Source: Perkinsus olseni
Lineage: Eukaryota
Assembly: GCA_013115125.1 (NCBI GenBank)
Contig: JABANN010000066.1
Span: 1-64,000 of the forward strand
Length of the DNA stretch: 64,000 nucleotides
Direction: 5' to 3'
The translations under genes and the position numbers were made by a program. The notes under the pieces were generated by a model. That model was not told where the DNA came from. It worked only from the letters and a program-made list of their open reading frames with translations, and did not search any database. Below, piece by piece: positions 47,529-60,134 of this stretch (position 1 is the stretch's first letter; each line of letters opens with the position of its first letter).

Positions 47529-50095
47529 TCAGGAATCATGCAGCCATTGAGTGATGTTATCGACATCCGGCTGGAAGATACTCCCAGATGTGCTCGTGTT
47601 CCATAATAGTCCATAGAGCCCGTCAACGATACCGCGGATGGCAGCTTGGGGTATCTTTGCGAGCCAGGGTCTTAGCGGAGCGATGCTGAGGAGCTGGTCA
47701 CTTGTATGAGTATGAGATACGGCAGCTTGAAGTGCAGTGCAAGCATGAACACGAGGCTCAGGGCGAACTGCTCTGTCGTCGACATGTTGGCCAGCCGGGT
47801 GATCCCTAGTGGACAGAGCTGATGAGGGGCCGAAGGGGTGAGGGAGGTTCACATGGATGCCTCTCGCGCAAGGCGTGTTTGCTCTCTGCCTTCAACCTTT
47901 CGAGCTCTTCCCGGGACCTCAGGGAGACAACTATTAGTGACCCTCTAGCTTTCGCTATACTCCTCTTGCTTCGGCTGATCAATTTTGTTTCTCATCCACT
48001 GCGCGCATCCAGTCGCCTGATAGACGGGCAGCTCTAAGTCGCAGCAGCATTGGCCGTACACGCTACCGCGAGCATCAGTTCTTCGGATGCGGGAAAGGCG
48101 TTGTTCTCCTTGAGAGATTCGAACCTCCTGAGCTCCTCGGAAACCTGATAGAGCCCTCAAGACTGCCCATGGCTGCACATGGCCGAATAGTAGCGGCAGT
48201 CAGGAGCACAGCAGTCCAGAGTGTACTATTGGATCCTTGAGGTCGAGGCCAAACCTGTCCATGACCTCGCGGCAGACGGTATCATCTAATAGCTGACCGG
48301 TCTTCGAGAGACGTGATGTCTGAGGTGCCCAAGAAAGCGAAACACACAACTACAGGGTTTGACACTCACCATCATCTTTGTCGCCTCGCATGACCTCGAG
48401 TAAGCTCGCTGCTTCTTAAGGAGCTGAGAGGATACACTAGAGATGATCCGGTGGTCGCACGCCCATCGAGTCACCTGTTTGATGTAGGCCTCCATTCTGA
48501 CAGCCTTCTCCTTCTCACCTCCGCTCAGGTAGAGGTCCCTTAGCACCGCTCCGCTCGGATACTCTCCTCAAGAAGTTACCTCAGTAGTTGGGCATCCTTC
48601 AATCGCGACTGCACTGCTTCGTGCAGCTTCCCATCATCGGTCTCCTGAAAGCCGCAGTGATCGAAGCCTAGCAGAGTCGAGCCAAGCAGGGGTGTAGGAA
48701 GCCGATCTTAGGGGGTGAGAGAGGGGCGAGCTACATCACATCACCAGAGGGCCCGAATCGCTGCCAAGGTCGTCGCTGCCCTTCGACAGGGCGGTCTCAA
48801 GGGATAAAGAGCCGCGAGCTGACAGGTGTTGTTGCGATCCTTCAGGCCAGAGAATCGGCTGGGGTAAGACTACTGCACCATCCTGAGTAAGCCTTCTTCT
48901 CATCGCTCCGCTTCCTCGATCTCTCCGATTGCAGCCGACGCAGGAAGACGGCTACTTCCTGAGTAACCCTCTCGAGATAAGTTTCAGTTGGAACTCCTAT
49001 AAGATCACCGTGTTGTTAGGGTCGACCTCGCGAGCGCTGGCGAGGAGCTTGACAGCTTCATCAACCTCAGCATCACCGCTGGACGCTGGCTCCACCAGGC
49101 ACTTGGCCTTCCTGCCAGACAACAGACCCCACCGCGGCCATCCACATTGAGGCCTACCGGAACATTGCCTTCACATTAGTGCTATCTAGCTGCAGTATGA
49201 CGTCGCATGTACGGCAAGCCTCAGGCAGCATCTCCTTGCCTGGCCACGATCACGGAGGTCTCCACTAGCTGACTATTGCGGAAGAGAAAGATTTGAGGCC
49301 TACCCAACTTCATCTGGCACATAGCGATGTTGCTGTAGCACTGCACTCTGAGCTCTCGGATCGTTGCCTGCTCCTCCTCGCCTAAAGCACGAAGGCCATT
49401 CCCTATGCAAGACCGTACGGTAGTGAAATGGGATGCTTCACATCATTACAAGAATGACTATGATGATATCGTCACGTTAACAGCGATGGCTCGTTAAGAG
49501 CGGTAACTCCTACTTTGGCCTATGTCAGTGACGACCTCCAGGTAATCGTCATTGAGACCTTCGCGTCTCCAGTTAGCGTTCAAGATCCGGGCGTAGTAGA
49601 AGAGACCGGCCGCCTGGCTGTATCTGTGCAGCCCTCTCCCTCCAGCCATTCCCAGGGGTTCAGAAACAGGCACCTATTCATGGCCAGGAAGTACTCCCCT
49701 TCGGTGTAGTATTCAGTTGCCTCCTCCTTCAATCTGCCACAGCGCTGATAGCACCGACAGGTGTAGCCATTCGTACCGCCGTGCAGCCTTTAGCCTCTCT
49801 TGGTGGGGCAGGGCTCGGAGGTTGTCGAAGGAGTCCTCGTCGACAAACACAGGAGATTGATTCTCTGACCACCACCCTTACCCTCTCCAACCACACCGGC
49901 AGGCTCCCTACCCTGTTCATGCCCCATGAAGGCGGTGTACTGGAGAAGCACCGGCCAGGATTCGAACCTGGGGCCTCGAGTGCTGCACTGTTAGACTTGA
50001 GCTTTGCCATCGAACCTCTTCCGTTTAGCGCTGGACTGAGCCCCCTTTATCTTGGCAGCATCCGCTAGTATTCTGCTGAATGAAGTCTCGTCCAT
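47529..50095 (-). CDS. TPR-repeat protein, multi-exon
   Basis: Spliced ERLKAARRLKEEATEYYTEGEYFLAMNR and LRVQCYSNIAMCQMK are co-chaperone-type TPR helices; both ends approximate. Confidence 0.65.
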
Positions 50096-50480
50096 GACTT
50101 ATGGTATATCTCGCTCAGCTAAATCCCCACTATTCACTCGGCAGAACACCACAAGAAGCTTCCAACGCAAACAGCAGCAACAGCTTCAGTTCAAAGTGCT
50201 GGGAGGGCAGCACTACGCACCTATCATGCATTATCTGTCATCATCGGCGGCGAGACCGACGTTCGTTCCTTGTCTACTTGGGCGAGGCTCGTCTAGAGAG
50301 CGGTGATAGACAGCCACAGAGGCTCACTGACTACGGAGGGTTAGACCCTGAAATTTGCGATGGATAAGAACATACCCCCCTAAGTTGCAGTGCCGCACTC
50401 GTTCGAAGACAGTGCATGAATCGGAAAACCGAATATGCTTTTCCTTCGTGGAGGGGTGTGGTAGTGTCCATAGGCACCGA

Positions 50481-50752
50481 GACCACCTCTGCACCGTCCT
50501 GCATTTGCCTGGTTCGGGAGGTTATCGCATGACGGAGGGGAAGTGTCTTTACATTCCACTAACTGCTATCATCATCTTCCAATGGAACCATCCAAAGCCG
50601 ACCTCGTCCACCCAGTAGTTGAGCTGCCGTGGGGTAGTATTATGGTGGTAGGGGCCACGTCGTGTTGGGCCACCAGTGCCACCATCGTTATCGGAGAGCT
50701 CTGTCTCGATAGGACCATGCCATCGACGACGATCGGCCATTACCTAGCTATC
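50481..50752 (-). pseudogene. Orphan duplicate of exon 1, intron 1 and start of exon 2 of the MFS transporter
   Basis: Near-identical to 53537-53818 (MADRRRWHGPIETEL vs MADRGRWHAPIETEL); similarity stops after QMQDGAEVV. Confidence 0.85.
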
Positions 50753-51539
50753 TTCGATTTTATACCAGACCAAAAAGGTAACCGAAGATGAGACATAGAA
50801 GATACATCGTAGCAAGTGATGAACTATGAGAGACAAAATATAAGTCAAACCTGCATACTAGCCCTAGGTAACGTGTGTTAGAATGAGTGAAGGGTGGAGA
50901 CTAGGGGTGCTCGACACACCAAAATAAACACTCTCTGATAGTGGCCTAACTACTGTGTTTCGATAACTCTATGAACTCATTATTCCTCTTTGCTGGGCCT
51001 GCTTCCTGAGTCCATATCATGTGTACTTGCGTGCATATGGGTCACACTTCGCTATGCATTAGCGTGTTGTCTCCAGCGGCAACTCGGCCATCAGCACTCG
51101 CCGGTGAGCGACAACTATAAGCATTGGGAACTCTAGTAACCGTCGTTATCTCTAGGATTATCAACGCCGTCAGACCACATGTACGAGAGAGTACACTTCG
51201 AACGTTGTAGTGATCTCTAATGCGGAGACACGACGGTATCCGGAAGTACTCAGCTCAATGAACTCTTTTTTATCACCAATGGTAAATCTTACTCAGACGG
51301 CCTCCCACCCGCCACTAACCACTCTGAGAACACAACAGTACGCCTCGGATGCAACAACTATAGCACCATCCCCGAGTGCTGGGGTGATGCTCTGCCGGGA
51401 CTACGCACGTGTCATGCACAAACTGCCATTGGTGATGGGAATGAAATTCGTTCCCAGTAAAGCTAGGCGCCGGGAGTGAATAGAAGGGTAATGAGCAACG
51501 CTCATCGACTTAAAGCGGCGGAAGCCTGTAGATGATAAA

Positions 51540-53806
51540 TCATGCCGTCCGAGCGGCGGCATCTATCAGGGCCTTCTTCCCTTCAGAGGAGTCCTCGTCC
51601 TCCTCGTAGTCCACCCATTGCACTGCGCAGGCATCGAGGGACTTATTCCTTGCCTCATCCGGGAGGGGCATGGCGACAACTGAAACGATGGTCGTAAAAT
51701 TCGTTACACGAGGTATGGGGTGTATCATCCACTCACCCGTGCATACGGCAAAGAGGAACGCTAGAACAAGCGAGAAGGGCCACGTTCGGGTGTGGTTGGC
51801 AGGCGGCTGAGCCTCCATCACACCGTCACTCAGTCGGCCCAACCCCTCGAAGGCCAGGGGCACCTGATGTTAACCTCCACGCGCGTAGCGACCATGCGCC
51901 CTACCACTGCAGCACCAATTCTACCCCAGCTGACGCAGAAGCCGGAGCCTGTGGTCCGACAGAAGGTCGGGTAAATCTAGGGTGAGCATAGGATAACAAC
52001 AAGCCCATCGTGACATCGAGTGCCTTACGTGAGGGATGTAGACGTACACTGTGCTGAGAAAGGGCTGACTGAGTAGGTTGTAGAGGAAAGCTAGCAACAG
52101 ACCGATCACAGGTGCTGCTAGGTCCAGGGATATCATGCTCAGGCTCTGAGCGAGAATGACCAAGTCGCTTTCGGTGCCCAATAATACGGCGTCTCACCAA
52201 GAGCGCTGCGATGAAGGCGGAAACGGCTATGACTCCCTTCAAGCCAATAGGGAAGTTGTCGACCACCACAAGACAAGAGAGGGCATCACCGATGACCCCG
52301 GCTATGGTAATGAGATAGAGGGAGAGGGCTGGGCTCGGGCCCCCAACAGCATCCCAGCCTGAACACAATAATCAAGACCAAGGCGGAGCGACGCGAAGGC
52401 CTGTTGTACCCCGTTCGGCCATCTGGCGGAGAGCTATTGGCAGCATGTAGGCCACCCCGACGAAGGCGAAGTTGCCGGTGAAAGTGAGGAAACAGAGAGC
52501 TACTGTAGCCCAGCCGGTGCCTTAGAGAGAGGGCATTTAAGGGACCTCGGAGCTGCCAACTCACGCTTGGCGAATATCCCTGATATTCTCCCCGTAAAAG
52601 AATGCTTCTCGTCATCTATAGGGAGGTCTGCTGGCACAATCGAGGCCTGAGGAGAGGTGGTCCACAGCAGTAGAAGGAGACCGGCCCGACTTCACTGAGT
52701 TCCGCGAGCTTCTCTGCACTGCCATTGCTCCGGGCCATGTCCTTGAGGAGAGACACTAACTCGGCTATCCGATGGTGACACAGGAGGTAGTACGGTGATT
52801 CACGCAGGAGGCATCTGACAGGCATTACAAGGAGAAGCGGACGAGTAGAAGGGGGTAGTACATAGCGAAGGGCAGGCAGGCTATCGCCGGTAAGGTGGCA
52901 AGGGCACTGACCCAACGCCAGTTGTCACCATGAAGTCTCAAGTCCGGCATTAACCACCATAGGAGTGCCTGGGGCAGAGGGTGGTGGGGCAGTCAAGGTT
53001 ACGATGGGGCTCACCGTGACGAGCAGCTGGCCGGCTGAGAACATGCCGAGGATGAAGGCTATGACCAGATTACGCTTGTTCGAGGGAGTGCACTCCAGTA
53101 GCAGGGCGAGGGTGCTGGGAGTCACCACACCTGAGGGAACAAGCACTACTGGATACAGGGGCCTGAGAGGACCAGAGGACGGCTCACCGTAGGATAGACC
53201 GACGAATATCCTGGTGATCATGAGACCATTCACAGTGCCCACGAACGCTGATAGCACACCAGCCAGGACCATGACTATGTACCTAGCCATGGAGGGGTGG
53301 AAGTGGCGACAAGGGGAAGCTACTACGATATCAGTATGGCTGGCCGACGCCCAACGCCATCGGCAATGTGGCCCGCTATGAGACTGCCTAGCAGCACTCC
53401 GACAAAGGGGACGGAAACCTAGGGGAAGGACGATCTTTAGGAAGGCGAAGGGCGTGTGTAGTCCTACGAGAGAACCTCGGATCCAATTGGAGAAGCGCCA
53501 CTCTTCTTGGAGAGCTTGGAGTATACTAGACATCAGGACCACCTCTGCACCGTCCTGCATTTGCCTGATTCGGGTGACAGGTTATCGCTTGATGACGGAG
53601 GGGGGGAAGTGTCTTTACATTCCACTAACTGCTATCATCATCTTCCAATGAAACCATCCAAAGCCGACCTCGTCCACCCAGTAGTTGAGCTGTCGAGGGT
53701 TAGTATTATGGTGGTGGGGGCCCCGTCGTGTTGGGCCACCAGTGCCACCATCGTTATCGGACAGTTCTGTCTCGATAGGTGCGTGCCATCGACCACGATC
53801 GGCCAT
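51540..53806 (-). CDS. MFS transporter, SV2/SVOP-like, multi-exon
   Basis: VDEVGFGWFHWK, DGAEVVLMS, ITRIFVGLSYG, LLECTPSNKR, LRESPYYL, RATGSGFCVSWGRIGAA-type motifs. Confidence 0.85.
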
Positions 53807-55389
53807 TTCCTAGCTATCAACTGAGCGGTGCACCATGAGTAACCACCAGACCGCCTTCAAGAAGGCCACAAGTGGCTATCTACCTGCACACCTTCCCGAT
53901 CGTCCCAAGTGCTACGTCCTAGGCAAGCGGATGACGCATTGACAACGCAACTGAATACCGTAGCAGAGGAACCGTTTCCGTAGACTGCATGCGAGTAATC
54001 TGGTACCGAAAACGTATGCTGGCACTCAAGCCCTTGAGTGAGCGGAAACCATACTAGGAGCCAACCTAAGAGAAACTTTTCGCGCACCGCACCAGTTGAT
54101 TTGTCCCCCGTGCGAACTACTTTTAATCGCGAATTTCTCGATAGTCACAAGGCGTAGGTGAGCGTCGTCATGAACGCCAGTCGAAATACAAGGAGTTCAA
54201 ATTCATCTGCAGGCAATGATTCTCGCCAGGCCGGTATCGTTCGAGGTAACCAAGGATGAACGAACGCCTAACCGCATTGGCTGCAGCAGGGCCAACCGAT
54301 AGTCGACTAATGCCGCACTCTTCTGTGCCTTCCTCCCTTTTATTGCCATAATAAGCCAACGTTTTCCGGCCACGCATCGATGGCACGCTCGTCGACCTCT
54401 CCACAACCATCACGTAAAACCGGCCTACACCCAATGAGGTAACGGAGCCGATCGGTCTCGTGCGATAATCTGGGGCGTATATGCCATGGTAGACGATAGT
54501 GAGTGATGTGTTCGATGGTACTGCCGGAGTATGGCGATTCGTTTCTTATGCCAGTTCTCTGGTTCAGAGCCGAGGTATGGTTGCACGACGATTACCCGAC
54601 GAGAAAGATTCGCCTAGAGGAGTCATATTGAGACCAGAACCGTAGTTAAATGACACTGCAGGAAGGGTTGGCCCATACTCAGCAGCGAATACCGGAGCAC
54701 GGAGTAGTACGCTCGGAGCACTACGCTATGAAGTCACCAGCAATGTTACATAAGGCCTGGGAGAGGGCAAGAAGATCCAGTAGAAAGGAGAATTGAGGAC
54801 CCCCGACGCGCTCCCTTTGGATGTGGTACCGCGATAGGCGGGAGTTCCGTGCCTTTTGGCGGATTGCCTTAGAAACCACACTTAACGTGGGTCGAAGAAG
54901 GTACCTTCCTGCAAGGCGTTTCCAGCCAACCTGGTTTGCAGTAGCAGCAGGGAGTTGAAAAGTGCTGTACTCCTCATCAATGACTAACATAATATGACTG
55001 CACAAAGGTTGCGAGATAGCCCCAGTGCCTCGTGCTGCCTTCGATCGGAGCGTCCATAGTGTTCGCATTCCCAATGGCTGAACGATGCCCAAGCTACTCC
55101 GTCGAACAGTATGTAGTAGATGTCGACCGCCCCAACGCCCATCACAGCAGCAGCAGGGCATACATTTTCCTACGGCCAAGTTACGTGGAGTATCACCTAT
55201 ATCGCTCCGTCCATCTTCAGAAAAGAACATATCAGCTTACTTCCCTCTGGGCAGATTTCAGAGCCGCTTCTGAGAAGTCCTGACAGGATAGGGATTCCGG
55301 AACCGCTCAGTGTAGATCGATCAAGATGGCGAGCGCGGACGTCATTTTCACCGCCGCGGAAAAGCAGCATCAAACCATTCATCAGTAGT

Positions 55390-56671
55390 ATGACTTCAAT
55401 AATGACTACCGGACGGTGGGCCGATGAGGACCCCATCTCGCCCAGCAACAGGGATGTGCCGCCTAAGACAGAGACGGATATTGGTACGTGTTCGTGGCGC
55501 GCTGGAGGGATGCTGTTTGCGACTTCTTTTCGTGATAGACCAGAGTCAACCTAATATATTTTTATGATCGATGGTACTGCAGATCCTGAGACTGGGTTGA
55601 AGACGATAACTGAGTACGAAGAGAGGGATGGCGCCGTATATAAGATTACCAGAGTCGTCAAGGTTACCACGGTCAGAGTCACTTGCAGCAAGGCCGAGGC
55701 CGACAGGTAGTAGAAGCGCAGGGCTTCGTGTGGGGCTAAGGGGATGGGCATACTGTCAGACGGAGGCGTTGGACTCCCTTCGGTAAGGCAGTGGAAACGA
55801 AAAAGAACAATACCTTCGCCAACCGGACTGAGGACGAGATCAATCTGGAGCCCAGCAAGCTCACCGGCGCCAGTGCTGCTGCAGAGGACGAGACTGGTGA
55901 AGATCAGGAGAAGTTCTGGTCGGCTAGTGTGGACCAGGTAATAATGAAAGGGACTGAGGGGGTTGGGACGCGGATCCACCACCACGGCCGTAGGTCCTGG
56001 GTCTGAACAAGAAGAAGGTGAGCGTGTGGACTAAGTTCCGCGGGGAGAGCGAGGGAGAGGGTGATGGCGAGGGCGAGAAGGAGGCCATACCGGTAGGACC
56101 ACACCCAGCCATTCACGACGGGACTGATGTTGACCTGAGCAGCTCCGTGTCCATACCGCTGGACGCTACGTTCCACCGAACCAGCGTGGCCTTGGTGGCG
56201 GCGCTAGGCCCTTCGACCAGCAGAAGGACAGGGATGAGCACACTTTGCGGTAGTAGAAGTCCTATGGCTGTTGGGGTGTTGGTGAGTGCTTGCTGCCCAG
56301 AGTTTCGAATCTTTCCGAGGACGTCGGTGATGGTGACTTGCAGCAGCTCTTCTCCACCGCTGGCCGCGTGCAGAGGATCTACCTCGGTAAGCATCGATAC
56401 AGCGGTTTCACCGTGCTTTCACTTGGTTATCATTTCCTCAGCTCGGAACCCCGAGACTGGTCTTTCAAAGGGCTTCGCTTTCGTCACGTACTACAATAAG
56501 AGGGATGCTGAGAAGGCTCTTGAGAAGCTCAATGGTCATGGGTAGGCGTTCCCTGCCGTGGAGGTGCTTCGCTTCCATCACTGCGTGATCCTCAGTTACG
56601 ATAACCTCATTCTCAAGCTTGATTGGGCCAAGCCGGCCCAGCCAAGAGGAGACCGCCCGCTGCGTCACTAG
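55390..56671 (+). CDS. EIF3G: Translation initiation factor 3 subunit G, multi-exon
   Basis: RWADED, GLKTITEY, WTPFG, GRYVPP, RRM TLRVSNLSED...TGLSKGFAFVTY...KLNGHGYDNLILKLDWAKP. Confidence 0.95.
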
Positions 56672-56878
56672 TCAGCTCGTCGGCTGCTGCTGCTGCTGTT
56701 GGTCGGTGACGATGGATGCTTCACCTTGTTCGGAGGGGACTATGTCTCAGCTAACGTCGTCATACCGGTACAGCCACTTGAAGTACAGTTCCTTCTCCTT
56801 CACCTCCTCTATGTGTCGAGTCCGGAGTTCCCTCAATCGTGGGTGGTAGTGTGCTTGCTTCCCTTATCATATTACAAC

Positions 56879-59333
56879 ATGACAGCGCCCCAGCCCTCGA
56901 GTAGCGGTGATGGCGGTGTCTCTGCTGCTGCACCTGTTGTCACTCCGGATGCCAGTAAGATCGACAACAAGTGAGGTCATGCCGTCACCTGCCAGTCGTC
57001 GTCAGCCCCGTCGCCTGGGTTGAGCCCCGTTGGGAGGACCACTGCTCCCTTGGTGTCCTCCTCGACGAGCTCCCAGTCCGGTCCGTTGATGATCGGTATC
57101 GCTGGCGGCACAGCCAGCGGCAAGACCGAGATCGCCATGGAGATAGCATCACAGCTCAACCTACACGAGGACTTGGAGGTTAGTACTCTCTCCCCGCCTC
57201 TGCACTTAGCCAATGAGTATCAATAGTGGTTATCATTAGTGAATATGAATATGTATTCACGGGTGGCATATCGCGGAGATGAAGTTGTGGGAGAAGCGTG
57301 AAGTATACTATTGAATGTACATTATATTCATCCGTATTGGTATCTGGGCGCTCCTGGATCTCTTGCCGTTAGGTTATACACCAGTCCTCCTTCTACAAGG
57401 ATGCCAGGGCGTATCCTGAGGTCAACGATGAGAACTACAACTTCGATCATCCTGACGCGGTAGGCGCGGAGTGGTACGTCCTCGTGACGTCGACAGATGA
57501 TTTCAGTTCGATTATGATCTGATGATAAGGACCCTACTGGACCTGAAGAAGGGGAGAAATGTCTTCATCCCTCACTACGATATGCGATCGAGGCTCCGCA
57601 ACGACAAGTAGATCAGGCAGGTGTTCGTGCGCTGAATGGGGCATTGTCTTTACCGTAGGGCTCGGAAGGTGTCGGGCGTCCATGTGGTTATTTTCGAAGG
57701 CATCTTTGCCATATACTGGGAGGCCGTTAGGGACCTCCTCGACCTGCGGTACGCCACACGGATGGGCTGATTTATAGTGATGGTCGCTGAGTTTGTCTCA
57801 GGTTGTTTATACATTGCGATGATGATACTAGACTGGCGAGGCGCCTTGTCCGTGACGTCAGAGGGATGGGAGAGAGCGTCGACTCAGTCATATCCAAGTA
57901 GTGTTGATGCTCTCTTGCTAGGGATGAGGCCATCGCCTGCACTAACAGGTACCTCACTACCATCAAGCTGTCACACGAGCGTTACCTGAAGCCCTGTATG
58001 AAGTATGCTGATCTCATCATACCTGATGGCGTTGAGAACGTTATAGCCCTCCAGGCGATAGTACAGGTCATCCGACTACAGCTGATGGCCAGGGGGCTGC
58101 TCAGCTTCCACAGGACTCTCGCTGATGTGGTAATAGGAGGGGGGAGGAGCTGATCTCTGAGGCCATACTATCGGTATGGCAGGCATGATGCTGGGCTATG
58201 TGCTGGGGGTATGATGGGCAGTTATATTAGGGGAGTTCTCTACTCAGGGCCTCCGCGATGACGAGCCACAGCTGATGATACACGAGTTGAAGTCTAGCGA
58301 CGAAGTAGGGTATATCACTCGGGTACTGCGGAAGCCTCGAGAGCTCCGCCGAGAGTCCCTCCTCTTCTACTGTGACCGTCTGAGCTACCTCATAGTCCGC
58401 TATATCGATGGCATCATGTTTGCTGGGGAGCCTCCTGCACCTGACCACAGTGAGTCCGTGGTCTACGCCTCTCTTATAGGGTATGGTGATGTCATGGAGT
58501 CTGGTGTCAAGCAACACGACAGGTAGCCATCTTCGTGTACGAGAGTAAGCCCGCCACTTCCGCTGTGTCCTTGCAGGTTGTGTAGCTTCGGTAAGCTGAC
58601 AGTCCCTCGGGCCCAGCTTACGGCACGACGTCACTTCTTGGCTTCGGGTACTCTTGCTCCACACAGTATATCCCTGGGAGGAGCGTCACCTGCCTCTAGC
58701 GCTACAGCTGGTAGTGAGTGCAACCTACAGCTTGGAACGACTCCCAAGTTCGCTGGTAGTAATTGGATGAAGTGTGGGAAATGTGGTATGATGATATTCA
58801 GAGCCCGCGCCACTACAGCTACCGGGACCAGCTATGACGGGGTCTAGTCCCTGCTGTTCGCCAGTAAGAGGCAACGTCACTCTAGATGGCTCTAGCAGTA
58901 CGAGTTTCGCCTCGAGCCCGCCATTAGTGGAGGTGGTCTACTTGCCGACCAAGGCTCAGAACAGCGTAAGCAGACTGTGGTTGTAGTGGTTGGAGTGGTA
59001 TTGATGTCAGATCGTCGTGATTCTGATGGCTGTGCTGGCTGACCAGGAGCTTGCGATAGCTGCTGTGAGGGCACTGCAGGCTCAGGGAGTCTCTCCCTCC
59101 AGGATCATCATAGCCTGCATGTTCGCCGATGCCGAGATGTGCAAGAGCACACTAAGAGCGATCGGAGGCTCCGTGCAGGTGAGGGCCTCGCTTTGTTTAG
59201 GCGCGAGTTGTGTGGTCACAGTCTGACATCCGATCAGGTTGTCGTGGGTAGCCTTGAGGTCACTAATAACGTAGTCGAACTCCGAGGTCTCGAGCGTGAC
59301 TTATGCACACGTTACTTGGGCATGACAGATTGA
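56879..59333 (+). CDS. Uridine-cytidine kinase fused to a degenerate UPRT-like domain (UCKL1-type architecture), multi-exon
   Basis: IGIAGGTASGKT, YNFDHPDAFDYDL, VVIFEGI, DDDTRLARRLVRD, KYADLIIP, followed by UPRT-like FYCDRLSYLIV. Confidence 0.88.
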
Positions 59334-60134
59334 TCATCATCGTCATCCCACTACGTCACTCACGGAGGGAGGGGCCAGAAATCCGGATGGCCGGCAGCGA
59401 TCCAACTGAGATCAGCTTCACTCCACCTCCCGCGTTATTATAATAGTTTCTCCACCCGGAGATGGGCCTTGCGTCCATCGGGCGAGCTAGAGCTGAGGGT
59501 TTTATCTTAGTTGATTTCGCAGCCCGGAAGGCTGTGTTAACCCTGGCCGAATATGATGGCTGCGAACAGGCCCAAGGTCACACGAAATGTTACCGTGTGT
59601 ACTATGATGCCCCTGCGGCGGTGCATAGAAAATAACATGGGCGACATATCGCAGTGTGTGAAGGAGGTGGGCAGGAGGAGGGCCTCGGCCCGGCCCCGGC
59701 GGACGCTCCTGTTAGGTTAGAGATTTCGAGCGAACGTGCAACAAGCGGAAGCACTATGTGCATGACCGCGATGGTCTTGATGACTGCAGGAGTGGTCTCT
59801 ATGGCTCCAAGCAGACAGTTTGATAGCCGTGTCGGTGGCGGGCTCGTCATGCAACAGTTACTGCAGAAAGGAAGTGTTTTTGATGATGGTTGTGTTGCGT
59901 TGCTGAGTTATTTGAGCTCTAAGGTACCGAGGTACCTCGTTAATCGGAGAATGGCGGATGGCTCTGGGCCTCGGTAGTAGAAGCATCTCGTTGTATGTCC
60001 GCTGAGAGAGAAGCCAGGGAGCTGAGGCAGCTGCACACTTAGAGAACCTGCTTGATGTTTGCAACTCCAACGAACATTGCAGGTGGCTTGTCCTCATTCG
60101 CTTCTATTAGTTTGACCTTCACTATGGTACCGCG

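Noticed and set aside
54168-55283. Short ORFs between the MFS gene and eIF3g
   Set aside because: No recognisable motif or consistent exon structure.
58523-58533. GTAGCCATCTT spliced-leader core match
   Set aside because: 11-nt match that coincides with an intron donor; lacks GGCTCAAG.
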